Source: Ignavibacteriota bacterium (GTDB lineage: Bacteria > Bacteroidota > Ignavibacteria > UBA10030 > UBA6906). Taken from it: 64,000 nt of DNA. The notes under the pieces are model-generated. The model saw only the letters and a program-made list of their open reading frames with translations. It did not search any database and had not been told where the DNA came from. The position numbers and the translations under genes were made by a program. Of the stretch, positions 20,214 to 30,428 are shown piece by piece (position 1 is the stretch's first letter; every line of letters begins with the position of its first letter). The stretch spans positions 1,472,001 to 1,536,000 of the forward strand of contig CAWDEM010000004.1 in NCBI GenBank assembly GCA_963801355.1. The letters are read 5' to 3'.

Positions 20214-21631
20214 ACCGACTCCGCATAGGACTCTTTGGTGTTGGCCTGGATACCTACTGGGGCCAGTTCTCGGGGTTGCGGGAGAGACTGGAAGGCTATC
20301 TCGGGCAGATCAACACCCGCTTGTGCGGTTCCGGGGCTGAAGTGATTTCGGCCGGCCTTGTGGACAGCGTGGACAAAGCTCAACGCGCTGCCGGGTTGTT
20401 TGCGACGGAAAATGTGGGCATCGTGTTTCTGTATGTCTCGACCTATGCCCTTTCGTCCACGATTCTGCCGGCGGTGCGTACCGCGCACGTGCCCGTCATC
20501 GTTCTGAACCTGCAGCCGGAAAGCCGCATCGACTACGCCCGGTTCAATGCTCTCGGTGACCGCGGGACGATGACCGGAGAATGGCTCGCATTCTGCCAGG
20601 CGTGCGCGATTCCCGAAGTTGCGAGTGTCTTCCATCGTGCGGGAATACCGTTCCATCAGATTACGGGAACACTTGCCGACGCCTCGGTATGGTCGGAGAT
20701 TGATGAGTGGGTGGATGCCGCGCGGGTGGCGGAGACGATGCGGACGACCCGTCTGGGCATCCTGGGGCACTACTACAACGGCATGCTCGATGTGTACTCG
20801 GATCCCACGATGCAAACGTCGGTGTTCGGGACGCATGTGGAGCATCTGGAGATCGACCTTCTGAAGAATCTCCGGGGGAAAGTCACGCCTGCCGAGCTGC
20901 ACACAAAGATCGGGGAGATCCATCAGGCATTTGCAGTCTCCCCTGAATGCGTTCCCGCGGAGATCGAGCGGGCTGCGCGAACGGCCTGTGCGTTGGACCG
21001 CCTGGTTGCCGAGAAGAGCCTGGGAGCCATTGCCTATTACTACGAAGGAAATCCGGGCAGCGAAGAAGAAGATATCATTACATCGATCATTGTCGGGAAC
21101 TCGCTTCTGACCGCACGGCATGTTCCCGTCGCGGGGGAGTGCGAGGTGAAGAATGCCCAGGCAATGAAGATCATGGACGCCTTTGGCGCGGGCGGGTCGT
21201 TCAGCGAGTTCTATGCGATGGATTTTGATGATGATGTCGTGCTCCTCGGCCACGACGGTCCGGGTCACATCGGGATTGCGGAAGGGAAGCCTATTCTCAA
21301 GCCGCTGGGCGTCTACCACGGAAAGCCCGGGCACGGGCTCTCCGTGGAAATGCGTGTGCGGAACGGCCCGGTAACGCTCCTCTCAGTCGTCCAAACCCAT
21401 GATGGCAAGCTGAGACTTCTGGCCGCCGAGGGTGTATCCGTGCCCGGTCCGATTCTCGAAATCGGAAACACAAACAGCCGTTATCGGTTCGCCCCCGGCG
21501 TGAAGGGTTTTATCGATGGGTGGAGCAGGGAAGGACCGGCCCACCATTGTGCCATCGGTTTGGGGCGTGTTGCGTCCCGACTCCGCAAACTCGCTGCAAT
21601 AACAGGGATGGATTTCGTTCAGGTATGCTAA
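20210..21631 (+). CDS. L-fucose/L-arabinose isomerase family protein
   Basis: TTG start overlapping the glnS stop; [31 protein letters not shown]. Confidence 0.88.
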   Translation: MNRLRIGLFGVGLDTYWGQFSGLRERLEGYLGQINTRLCGSGAEVISAGLVDSVDKAQRAAGLFATENVGIVFLYVSTYALSSTILPAVRTAHVPVIVLNLQPESRIDYARFNALGDRGTMTGEWLAFCQACAIPEVASVFHRAGIPFHQITGTLADASVWSEIDEWVDAARVAETMRTTRLGILGHYYNGMLDVYSDPTMQTSVFGTHVEHLEIDLLKNLRGKVTPAELHTKIGEIHQAFAVSPECVPAEIERAARTACALDRLVAEKSLGAIAYYYEGNPGSEEEDIITSIIVGNSLLTARHVPVAGECEVKNAQAMKIMDAFGAGGSFSEFYAMDFDDDVVLLGHDGPGHIGIAEGKPILKPLGVYHGKPGHGLSVEMRVRNGPVTLLSVVQTHDGKLRLLAAEGVSVPGPILEIGNTNSRYRFAPGVKGFIDGWSREGPAHHCAIGLGRVASRLRKLAAITGMDFVQVC

Positions 21632-22839
21632 GGACCACGTGGGAATGGAAGTCCGGCGTGCCGCATGTCTTGAGGGGAACATGGGCCCTGGCGCTTGTGG
21701 TGGTTTCGTGTTGCAGTGTCGTCGGCGGGGACCTCGTCTCCTCGAAAAGTGAAATTGAGCGCTGGGAACGCCCGCGCATTCTCAGGTTGGCAGACAGCCT
21801 CCTGACAACCGAACCGCAGACAATCACGGCCATTCCTTGCGGGAGGAGCGCCGGCGGGAGGCACGATTATTTTTCAGAGGGGGACTACTGGTGGCCTGAT
21901 CCGGATCACCCGCAAGGTCCGTACATCCGGCGGGACGGCCTTACCAATCCGGAAAACTTCGTGGCCCATCGCAACGTGCTGCGCTCGATGAGCATCACCG
22001 TCCCTGCACTCGTTGCCGCGTTCAAGGTCACCGGTGACCGGCTGTATGCCGATCGCGCTATGGAGCATCTCATCGCCTGGTTCATCGATACCACCACGAT
22101 GATGAACCCCCACTTCACATATTCCCAGGCTATCAAAGGTATCTGTACCGGGCGGGCACCGGGGGTCATCGACGGCATTCACTTGGCTGAAGTCGCCCAA
22201 TCCATCAGGGCCCTGGAGCGGTCGGGCTATCTCAAGGGTGCCGATCTGGCTTCGCTGAAAAACTGGTTCCGGCAATTGCTGTGGTGGCTTACCACACATC
22301 CGTACGGTCTGGAAGAACGCGGCCTGGGAAACAACCACACGGTCTGTTGGACTGTCCAGGTCGGCGCATATGCGCTGATGTTGAATGACAAAGAGCGGTT
22401 GGATTCGTGCGTTGCCTTCTTCAAGAACGTACTGCTGCCCGATCAGATGGCGGGCGACGGGAGCTTTCCGAAGGAACTGCAACGGACCAAGCCGTATGGG
22501 TACAGCCTGTTCACCCTCGATGCGATGGCAATGGTCTGCCAGATTTGCCTGCTGGGCAGGGAGGACCTGTTCGCGTTTGCGTTGCCTGATGGACGGTCAT
22601 TCAAACGAGGTATGGAGTTCATGGTCCCCTTCATTCGGGACAGGAGCACCTGGCACAAACCTCCTGATGTCATGTACAACGACTACTGGCCTGTCAGGCA
22701 CCCGGCGCTGCTCCTTGCCGGGCTGGCATTTCATGAACACTCCTACATAGAGCTCTGGAAATCACTCGAGGCGGATCCGTCGGTGGAGGAAGTGGTGCGG
22801 AATTTTCCGTACCGTCAACCGGTGCTCTGGCTCGACTGA
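21625..22839 (+). CDS. Alginate lyase family protein (PL5-like)
   Basis: HDYFSEGDYWWPDP, PYIRRDG, NNH catalytic motif, ELQRTKPYGYS. Confidence 0.88.
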   Translation: MLRTTWEWKSGVPHVLRGTWALALVVVSCCSVVGGDLVSSKSEIERWERPRILRLADSLLTTEPQTITAIPCGRSAGGRHDYFSEGDYWWPDPDHPQGPYIRRDGLTNPENFVAHRNVLRSMSITVPALVAAFKVTGDRLYADRAMEHLIAWFIDTTTMMNPHFTYSQAIKGICTGRAPGVIDGIHLAEVAQSIRALERSGYLKGADLASLKNWFRQLLWWLTTHPYGLEERGLGNNHTVCWTVQVGAYALMLNDKERLDSCVAFFKNVLLPDQMAGDGSFPKELQRTKPYGYSLFTLDAMAMVCQICLLGREDLFAFALPDGRSFKRGMEFMVPFIRDRSTWHKPPDVMYNDYWPVRHPALLLAGLAFHEHSYIELWKSLEADPSVEEVVRNFPYRQPVLWLD

Positions 22840-25800
22840 GCTGCCTCCGCCGGCGTATGCTCTTTTGAGAAGAACGTGTAGATCGCGGGTATGACGAAGA
22901 GGGTAAGTATGAATGCAAACAGAAGGCCGCCGATCACCACGATGCCCATGGAGATCCGGCTTGTTGCTCCCCCGCCGAGGGCGAGTGCAATCGGCAGTGC
23001 ACCGAGCATGGTGGCGAGGCTGGTCATGAGAATAGGTCTGAATCTCGCCGCCGCTGCAAAACGCGCTGACTCCAGGCGATCCTTCCCCTTAGCTTTCTGC
23101 TGATTCGCAAACTCCACAATCAGGATCCCATTCTTCGTCACGAGGCCGATGAGCATGATAATTCCGATTTCGCTGAAGATATTCAGTGTCTGGCCGAAGA
23201 CCCAAAGTGAAATCAGCGCACCTGCCAGAGCCAGCGGCACAGTGAGCATGATCGTGAACGGGTCCCTGAAGCTCTCGAATTGGGCGGCCAGAATGAGGTA
23301 GACCAGGATCAGGGCCATCAGGAAGGCGAAGACGATATTTGATGAGCTTTCTGAAAAGTCCCGTGAAGCGCCGGCGAGAGCCGAGCGGAAGGTGTCGTCA
23401 AGCACACTTTTCTCGATGCGGTGCATCTCGTCGATGCCGTCGCCGATGGTCCTGCCGGGGGCGAGGCTGGCGCTCACGGTGGCCGATTTAAAACGGTTGA
23501 AATGGTAGAGCTGGGGCGGAGCGCTTTCCTCTTTCATCACCACCAGATTGTCCATCTGCACAAGCTTACCCCGGTCGTTCCGGACGTACAACGATTTCAG
23601 ATCCAGTGGCTCATCACGGTTCGCTCGATCCACCTGTCCGATGACCTGGTACTGGAAGCCGTTCATTTCGAAATAGGAAAACCGCTGACCGCTGAACGCC
23701 AGCTGGAGTGTCTGGGCGATATCCATGACTGAGACTCCGAGGTTCTGCGCCCGGTTTCGGTCGATACTCAGATCAATCTGTGGTTTGTTGAATTTCAGGT
23801 TGACGTCGGAATTCTGAAACACGCTGCTTTTGCCCACCTCCTCCATGAATTTCGGGAGAGCCTGGCGGAGTTTGTCGAAACTCTGGTTCAGCAATACATA
23901 CTGTACCGGCATACCCCCGCGTGCTCCGCCTCCGCTGGCGGAGATGGTCTGCTCCTGGTTCACGAACACGCGCGCTTCGGTCATCCGCCGTGTTTTAGCC
24001 GAAATGTAGTCGGCGATCTCCTGTTGTGTTCGATTCCGTTCAGACGGGTCGGAGAGCCTGATGCGCACACTGCCGGAATTCACCGAACCTCCTCCGTACC
24101 CGGGAGCGGTGACAGCCATACAGGTGCTGACTTCGGGGATCGAATCATTGATGAATGCCGCCAGACGATCCATGAACGCATCGGTGTATTCGAAGGATGT
24201 CCCCTCGGGAGCGGTGACATTCACGCGGAGAAAGCTCCTATCGTCCAGCGGTGCGAGTTCCGACTGGAGTGTGCTGCCGATGAGCACAATGAGCGCCAGG
24301 GTGACGGCGATGATGCCCCCGGCCCACCACCGGTGTTTCAGGAACGTGTTCAGGAGTCCTTCATACACCCGGTTCATCCGCTCGAAGTACGGTTCGGTGA
24401 TCTCGTAGAACCGGGTATGTTTCCGTTTTTTTCGGATCATCCGGGCATTCAGCATGGGCGTCAGGGAGAGCGAGACGAACGCCGAAATGAGCACGGCACC
24501 GGCGATAATAATGCCGAACTCGCGGAAGAGTCGGCCAACAAAGCCTTCGAGGAAGATGATCGGCAGAAACACCGCGGCAAGGGTGACGGAGGTGGAGATG
24601 ACTGCGAAGAAAATCTCCCGGGACCCGGCAAATGCCGCCTCCATCGGCGTCATGCCCTGTTCCACCTTTTTGAAGATATTCTCCGTCACCACGATGCCGT
24701 CGTCAACCACGATACCCGTGGCCAGCACAATCGCCAGTAATGTCAGAATATTGACGGTGAAGCCCATGAGATACATGATGAAGAAGGCGCCGATCAACGA
24801 AACGGGAATATCGATCAACGGTCGGATTGCGATGACCCAGTCGCGGAAGAATATCCATATGATCACAATAACAAGTGTCACGGCCAGGAGAATGGTCTCT
24901 TCCACTTCCGTGATAGAGAGCCTGATGAAGCGGGTATTGTCAACCGCGATGCTTAATTTCAGGTCGGCCGGCAGGTCCTTCTGTATCTGCGCGAGCCGTT
25001 TATAGAACTCATCTGCGATTTCGACATAGTTGCTGCCAGGTTGGGGGACGATCCAGACGCCGACCATCGGCGTTCCGCCCAGTTTCAGAAACGTTTCCTC
25101 GTTTTCGGGACCGAGGTTCGCAAAGCCGATGTCGGAAAAACGCACCGTGTTCCTGCCGTCCGCCTTGACAATCAGGTCATTGAATTCATCGACGGTTGTG
25201 AGCCGGCCCTTGGTGTTGACAATGAGTTCTGTCTGGTTCCCGGCGATTTTTCCCGAGGGCAGTTCCACGTTTTCCCTGCTCAGGGCTGTGCGCACGTCGA
25301 GCGGGGTCAGCCCGTAGGCGGCAAGTTTCGCGGGATTCATCCAGAGGCGCATCGAGTAGCGCTTCTGCCCCATGATCCACGTGGCGCTGACTCCGGGAAT
25401 GGTTTGAATCGTCTGGGCGAGGACGTTTTCGGCGTAATCGCTGATCTCCAGCTGATTTCGGGTGTCACTGGTCACGGTGACAGAGATGATCGCATCAGCA
25501 TTGGCATCGGCCTTGGTGACAACGGGGGGCGCATCGATGTCCTGCGGGAGAGATCGCAAAGCGCCGGACACTTTGTCGCGCACATCATTGGCGGCGGCCT
25601 CCAGGTCCGCATCGAGATTGAACTCCACAGTGATGCTGCTGGAACCCTGGCTGCTTGTCGATGAAATAATGCGGACCCCCGGAATGCCGTTCAGCGCCTT
25701 TTCAAGCGGCTCGGTGATCTGGGATTCCACCACGCTGGCATTTGCTCCTGCGTAGTTTGCACGGACGCTGATGATCGGGGGGTCGATGGCAGGGTACTCG

Positions 25801-25904
25801 CGAACGCCGAGGAATGTGGCGCTGATGAGGCCGAACAACACGATCACCAGTGACATCACGATCGCGAGCACCGGTCGCTTGATACTTATGGAGGCAAGAC
25901 TCAT
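22815..25904 (-). CDS. RND efflux permease (AcrB/MdtBC family)
   Basis: 1029 aa; GIVVDDGIV, KNGILIVEFA, RFRPILMT. Confidence 0.96.
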   Translation of the reverse strand: MSLASISIKRPVLAIVMSLVIVLFGLISATFLGVREYPAIDPPIISVRANYAGANASVVESQITEPLEKALNGIPGVRIISSTSSQGSSSITVEFNLDADLEAAANDVRDKVSGALRSLPQDIDAPPVVTKADANADAIISVTVTSDTRNQLEISDYAENVLAQTIQTIPGVSATWIMGQKRYSMRLWMNPAKLAAYGLTPLDVRTALSRENVELPSGKIAGNQTELIVNTKGRLTTVDEFNDLIVKADGRNTVRFSDIGFANLGPENEETFLKLGGTPMVGVWIVPQPGSNYVEIADEFYKRLAQIQKDLPADLKLSIAVDNTRFIRLSITEVEETILLAVTLVIVIIWIFFRDWVIAIRPLIDIPVSLIGAFFIMYLMGFTVNILTLLAIVLATGIVVDDGIVVTENIFKKVEQGMTPMEAAFAGSREIFFAVISTSVTLAAVFLPIIFLEGFVGRLFREFGIIIAGAVLISAFVSLSLTPMLNARMIRKKRKHTRFYEITEPYFERMNRVYEGLLNTFLKHRWWAGGIIAVTLALIVLIGSTLQSELAPLDDRSFLRVNVTAPEGTSFEYTDAFMDRLAAFINDSIPEVSTCMAVTAPGYGGGSVNSGSVRIRLSDPSERNRTQQEIADYISAKTRRMTEARVFVNQEQTISASGGGARGGMPVQYVLLNQSFDKLRQALPKFMEEVGKSSVFQNSDVNLKFNKPQIDLSIDRNRAQNLGVSVMDIAQTLQLAFSGQRFSYFEMNGFQYQVIGQVDRANRDEPLDLKSLYVRNDRGKLVQMDNLVVMKEESAPPQLYHFNRFKSATVSASLAPGRTIGDGIDEMHRIEKSVLDDTFRSALAGASRDFSESSSNIVFAFLMALILVYLILAAQFESFRDPFTIMLTVPLALAGALISLWVFGQTLNIFSEIGIIMLIGLVTKNGILIVEFANQQKAKGKDRLESARFAAAARFRPILMTSLATMLGALPIALALGGGATSRISMGIVVIGGLLFAFILTLFVIPAIYTFFSKEHTPAEAAQSSQSTG

Positions 25905-26959
25905 CGTTCAGGCACGCGCACGTTGACCGGCATGCCGGGGCGCAGCTGCATGATGCCCGTGGTAATCACGGTGTCACCGGGAGTGAGTCCATCGGTGATC
26001 TGCACGCTGGTCGATGTCCGAATGCCGATTTTCACGGGGACGGATCGCACCACGCCGTGCTTCCGCACCAGGACGGTCTGACCCTTCAGGACGGGGATGA
26101 CTGCTTGTGTGGGGATCAGCAGGGCGTTGGGAATGCGTTTGAGGTGCAGTTCAATTTGCACAAATGCTCCGGGAATGATCAGCTCGCCCTTGTTGTCAAA
26201 CATCGCCCGCAACTGCAGTGTGCCCAGTTGCTGGTCGATTCTGGGTTCGATGGCATACAGCTTTCCCGTGAATTCAAGATTCTTCTCCTCGCTGCGCAGA
26301 ATGACACGATCGCCGACTTTAACCTCTCCCGTGTATCGTTCCGGTATGGAAAAATCCACTTTCAAAGGGTTGATCTTCTGCATTGAGGCAATGCGTGTTG
26401 TCGGCGTGACATACGCTCCCTCGCTCACGTACCGGAGACCCACAATGCCGTCAAACGGGGCCCGCACCTCGCGTTTGCGGATTGACGCCAGGAGATTGTC
26501 ACGGTCAGCTTTCAGCATGTTCAGCTGGCTGAGAACAATATCATACTGCTCCTTGCTGATCGAATTCTTGTCAAAGAGATAGCGCTGGCGTTTTTCCTGA
26601 TCGGCAGAGAGCTGGATCTGCAGTTCAGTCTTCCGGAGCTGTGCCTGCAGATCGTCGTCGTTGATCTTCACAAGCACGTCGTTCTTCCTGACCCTTGAGC
26701 CTTCCCGGAAGGCGATACGCTCGATACGCCCCGCAGCTTCGGGAGCGAGATCGACGGCTTCCGAGGCGAGAACGGTCCCGGACGAACGGACGGCGTTGTC
26801 CAGCGGTTCCGGCACAACGACGATGCCCTGAACGGTCATGGACGCAGGAACCGCCCGGGATTGTGAAGGAGCATCGCTGCTTCTGGATCCACACGAGGTG
26901 AGGAACAATGCACAGCAGAATGCGGAAATCAGGAAGAAAATTCGCAAAGGAGAGCGCAT
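25901..26959 (-). CDS. RND membrane fusion protein (lipoprotein)
   Basis: Lipobox LTSC; VRAPFDGIVG; LLIPTQAV; GLTPGDTVIT; ATGA overlap with the permease. Confidence 0.93.
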   Translation of the reverse strand: MRSPLRIFFLISAFCCALFLTSCGSRSSDAPSQSRAVPASMTVQGIVVVPEPLDNAVRSSGTVLASEAVDLAPEAAGRIERIAFREGSRVRKNDVLVKINDDDLQAQLRKTELQIQLSADQEKRQRYLFDKNSISKEQYDIVLSQLNMLKADRDNLLASIRKREVRAPFDGIVGLRYVSEGAYVTPTTRIASMQKINPLKVDFSIPERYTGEVKVGDRVILRSEEKNLEFTGKLYAIEPRIDQQLGTLQLRAMFDNKGELIIPGAFVQIELHLKRIPNALLIPTQAVIPVLKGQTVLVRKHGVVRSVPVKIGIRTSTSVQITDGLTPGDTVITTGIMQLRPGMPVNVRVPER

Positions 26960-27120
26960 AATCCTATCGGTTTTGAACAATATTGGAAAATCAGAGGCGA
27001 AATGCAACGACCGAATCCTGTGAACTTGCACAATGATCGAATCCTTGAATGCAATTGAAGCATTCGCTATGTTGTACACTACTACCAGTCCACACTGACT
27101 CTCCCCTCAGGGTACCTGCA

Positions 27121-28500
27121 ATGAGACCAAAATCCTGGTTCACCTACTTGGCTGGATTCCTGTTTGTGCTTGTCCTGGCCGCCAATGTGTATGTCTTTCT
27201 CACCCGCGAATGGGAGTCGTCATTCATGCCGACCTCGTACGCGACCCTGTATTACCCGCTGGACATTCCCACAATACGGAAATGGACCGTGGTGAACCGC
27301 GACACGATACAACTGCACCTTGTGTGCAACCAGAATATCGCGGAATGGAGGGTGCTGACGGATGGTGCGCAACCGCAAACGGTACCCGGAATGCAGCCTG
27401 CTTTCCGCATCGATACAGCGGACCAGAAACTTCATACATACGATCTCATCCCGGTTTCCAAGAATTACTGTCCTGCGATTGAGATCAGCATCCGCTTCTA
27501 CTCCCGGGAGTTCTACGGCTCCCTTGGTATGCAGCATGAAGATGTCTATATCGTCCGCTCAAATGTCGCCTGCGGAGAATTCGATCAACTCACCGTCGCC
27601 GACTGGATCGATGATTACGCATACGTGGGGGAAAAGAATCTCGCTGATGCGCACCGCGTACTGAAAGATGACATCGGCATTCTGTACACGGACCCGACGT
27701 TCGTCAAAATGGAAAAGCTTGTTCCTTTCCTCCGGAAGAAACTGAAGGGAACAGGTGGTGTCCCCAAAGATGAGGAGAGGTGGATGGATCCGTGGACGCT
27801 GTACAACGAAATGGTCAGCGGGACAGGAAAGGGGTGGTGCACGCAGAATGCGCAGATCTACGTGTTCTGGGCAAACCAGGCGGGGATCCCCACGCGGTTC
27901 GTTTTCGGGGCGCGCACGCAGGACAACACCATCGTGTACACCGGCCACGCGTTTGCGGAGTCGTACATCCGGGAGCAGAACCGATGGGCGTTTGTGGACC
28001 TGTCGCAGGCGCAAATCTATATTGCCAACAAGGGGGGGGAGGTGCTCAACACAGCGGAGCTGTTTCACCTGAACCAGCAGAATGCCTTTGACAGTACGTT
28101 TGCCAGAATCTACGTGGATTACGCCTGGGAGAAGCTTCCCGGAGTGCCGCGCACCGATACCGTCATGACCGTATCCTTCCCGCTCTGCAACGCGAACATA
28201 CGGAACGAGTTCACGGCGCACTCGATTCTCAAGTACCGCCGTCCGCCGAATGTCGAGGATGTCCGGGATATCTACACGGGGTTATTCACGGACTGGGCGT
28301 TTCTCAAAGGCAACGTGGAGCGGTACCTGTGCAAACCCCAGCTGGCGTACTCCTTCTACCCGACTGAAGGCGGAGAGACGTACTTACTGCGCCGGGCGCT
28401 TATCCTTGGTCTGCTTGCCAGCTTTCTGCTCTGGGCAGGGGCACTGATTGTCGCGAGTATGAAGAGGAGGTCTATTTCAAAAGAAGCATCGTCCGGGTGA
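27121..28500 (+). CDS. Transglutaminase-like domain membrane protein
   Basis: Cys-His-Asp triad GWCTQNA / GHAFAE / WAFVD; N- and C-terminal TM helices. Confidence 0.75.
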   Translation: MRPKSWFTYLAGFLFVLVLAANVYVFLTREWESSFMPTSYATLYYPLDIPTIRKWTVVNRDTIQLHLVCNQNIAEWRVLTDGAQPQTVPGMQPAFRIDTADQKLHTYDLIPVSKNYCPAIEISIRFYSREFYGSLGMQHEDVYIVRSNVACGEFDQLTVADWIDDYAYVGEKNLADAHRVLKDDIGILYTDPTFVKMEKLVPFLRKKLKGTGGVPKDEERWMDPWTLYNEMVSGTGKGWCTQNAQIYVFWANQAGIPTRFVFGARTQDNTIVYTGHAFAESYIREQNRWAFVDLSQAQIYIANKGGEVLNTAELFHLNQQNAFDSTFARIYVDYAWEKLPGVPRTDTVMTVSFPLCNANIRNEFTAHSILKYRRPPNVEDVRDIYTGLFTDWAFLKGNVERYLCKPQLAYSFYPTEGGETYLLRRALILGLLASFLLWAGALIVASMKRRSISKEASSG

Positions 28501-29758
28501 GCGCGACGACCCCGGAAGTGAGTCTGTACACATACACGCCGCTCGTCAAACCCCGGTTCTGGAAGTGAACGGCATATTCGCCCGGCGCCTTCATCCCGTC
28601 CACCAGCTCTGCCACTTCGCGGCCCAGCAGGTCATAGACGACGAGCCGTACCCTCCACGCGCCTGTTGCCTCGCGACCATTGCCTGTCGCCGGCAGGCTG
28701 TAGCCAATTGTCGTGCCCGGATTGAACGGATTCGGAAAGTTCTGCCCGAGGGCGAACGTGGCCGGCAGTGGAGGTTGGTCCTGTGCAAGCGGGGACGAGG
28801 TGACGTGGAGCTCGTCTGCGATGCCCCGTAGTATGGCGTTCGCGGTGGAATCAAATGCGCGCGCAGACGGGTCGTTCATGTCTTCGTATGTGAGCGCAAG
28901 AACACTCTCGCCGCAGTTCTTCCAGAACCAGCTTTCGGGATAGACCTGCGATGGCGCGCTCGTCCAGGACACAAAGAAGTCGTAGGGCCTGATTCCTCCC
29001 GGGAAGTAGCTCCGCACGGTATTAATGAACCGCTGTTCTATGGCGGCATAGCCGGGTGTTGTGCCCGCCGCGGCGTGGTACACAAAATACCTGTCCGTGC
29101 CGTACGCCGAATGCATGTTGAGCGCAATGCGGATGGGATTGGGCTGTGCCATGAGCTGCACGAACATGGCACGCAGCGCCTGCACTTCCGGCTCGCCGGG
29201 GACCGCCGTCCAGTTGCTTTCGATGTCAATATTGTTGGCATTCTGTCTGGGCAGCTTGAGCTCCACGCCATCGGGATTGATCATTGGCAGGATATTGAAC
29301 ACACACCCGCCCCGAAGTCGCCGCGCGAGTTGTGATGTGTCCAGCAACTGTGCGATCATCCGGTTTGTCACCCATGTTCCCTGCACTTCGTTGGGATGAG
29401 TTCGCGCGTGAATCCAGACGCGTTTCCGCGGGGTCGCGCTCGAGACCGTGTCCTGAATCGTCAGGAGATACAAGGTGCGGTTGAGCACGCTTGCCCCGAC
29501 AACATCCACGGTGACAAACGGGCTTGCGGACCACCGGGAGATATCGGCCTGCAACGAGTCGTAGCCGTATCCCCAGTTCAGCGATGCTGCAAGACGGTAG
29601 GCCGGTGAGGTCGTGTCGGGGAGTCCGCACGGGTCTTCATTGGCAGGAGAGGGTCGGAGGCCGTGCTCTTCGGCGATCGAGATCCGCACAGCGAGCGTCG
29701 CGAGACTGACTGCGAGCAGGGCGCGATATGCGGTGGTGCAGAGGGGATGGGAGAACAT
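28472..29758 (-). CDS. M14 zinc carboxypeptidase with T9SS-type C-terminal sorting domain
   Basis: ARTHPNE (HxxE), LPMINPDG, RQNANNID, NMHS; QNFPNPFNP..SGVYVYRL..MLLLK. Confidence 0.88.
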   Translation of the reverse strand: MFSHPLCTTAYRALLAVSLATLAVRISIAEEHGLRPSPANEDPCGLPDTTSPAYRLAASLNWGYGYDSLQADISRWSASPFVTVDVVGASVLNRTLYLLTIQDTVSSATPRKRVWIHARTHPNEVQGTWVTNRMIAQLLDTSQLARRLRGGCVFNILPMINPDGVELKLPRQNANNIDIESNWTAVPGEPEVQALRAMFVQLMAQPNPIRIALNMHSAYGTDRYFVYHAAAGTTPGYAAIEQRFINTVRSYFPGGIRPYDFFVSWTSAPSQVYPESWFWKNCGESVLALTYEDMNDPSARAFDSTANAILRGIADELHVTSSPLAQDQPPLPATFALGQNFPNPFNPGTTIGYSLPATGNGREATGAWRVRLVVYDLLGREVAELVDGMKAPGEYAVHFQNRGLTSGVYVYRLTSGVVALTRTMLLLK

Positions 29759-29877
29759 GTTTCCTTGGGATGCTACTGTCAAAGTACGAACAGAACAGAA
29801 GAAATGAAAGGCGGTTTCAGGTGTGCGTGGGGAGAAGAGGTGACCGGTTTACCGCTGGAGAGGGCAGGCTCAGAATG

Positions 29878-29902
29878 AGGGCCGGATCACCGATCCGGCC
29901 CT
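29878..29902. terminator. Hairpin downstream of the YidB-like gene
   Basis: AGGGCCGGATC-ACC-GATCCGGCCCT; weak U tract. Confidence 0.5.
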
Positions 29903-29921
29903 ATCCTGAAAGAGAACGGTT

Positions 29922-30320
29922 TCACTTCAGGAGGCTTTTGAGAAGATTGACCCCCTGTGATGCGATATCCGTCTGACTGACCTTACCATTCGGCGTAAGT
30001 TTGTCGACTATCTGGGGAAGAAGTTGAGCGAGTTGGGTTGTCACTGCCTCGGGAGTGAGTCCCGCCTGAGATGCGATCTGCGAAATCATCTTCCCGCCGA
30101 GGCCCTGCGTGATCTGTGCAGGCGTGATGGGGAGATTTTTCCCCGTGCCTACCCAAGAATTGACGATGTCTCCCAGGCCATTGCTGGTCAGTTGCTTGAT
30201 CAATCCGTTCAGTCCACCCTGCTGTTGATTTCCGACAATACTCAAGACGGCATTGATGAGATTGCCCTGAGTACTCTTGCCGCCGAGAACCTGGTTGGCC
30301 AAGTTATCGAGTAAACCCAT
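29922..30320 (-). CDS. YidB/DUF937 family protein
   Basis: MGLLDNL..GGLNGL..GLGDIVNSWVGTGKNLPI..LPQIVDKLTPNG. Confidence 0.92.
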   Translation of the reverse strand: MGLLDNLANQVLGGKSTQGNLINAVLSIVGNQQQGGLNGLIKQLTSNGLGDIVNSWVGTGKNLPITPAQITQGLGGKMISQIASQAGLTPEAVTTQLAQLLPQIVDKLTPNGKVSQTDIASQGVNLLKSLLK

Positions 30321-30389
30321 GATCGTGCCCTTCAAAAAAAGAGAATGGTAAATACACAACACACTATTCTGTGACCTGTGATATCCGCC

Positions 30390-30417
30390 CGAGGCGTCTT
30401 CGAAGGAAGACGCCTCG
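30390..30417. terminator. Hairpin downstream of the OmpA-family gene
   Basis: CGAGGCGTCTTC-GAAG-GAAGACGCCTCG, 12-bp stem. Confidence 0.55.
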
Positions 30418-30428
30418 CGCGATTGACC

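Noticed and set aside
16496-21334. Long antisense ORFs 16496..18046, 18306..19286 and 19724..21334
   Set aside because: Mirror frames of well-supported plus-strand genes, explained by codon bias
22815-28500. Short 3' overlaps of convergent genes (22815-22839, 28472-28500)
   Set aside because: Common in compact GC-rich genomes; no evidence of function
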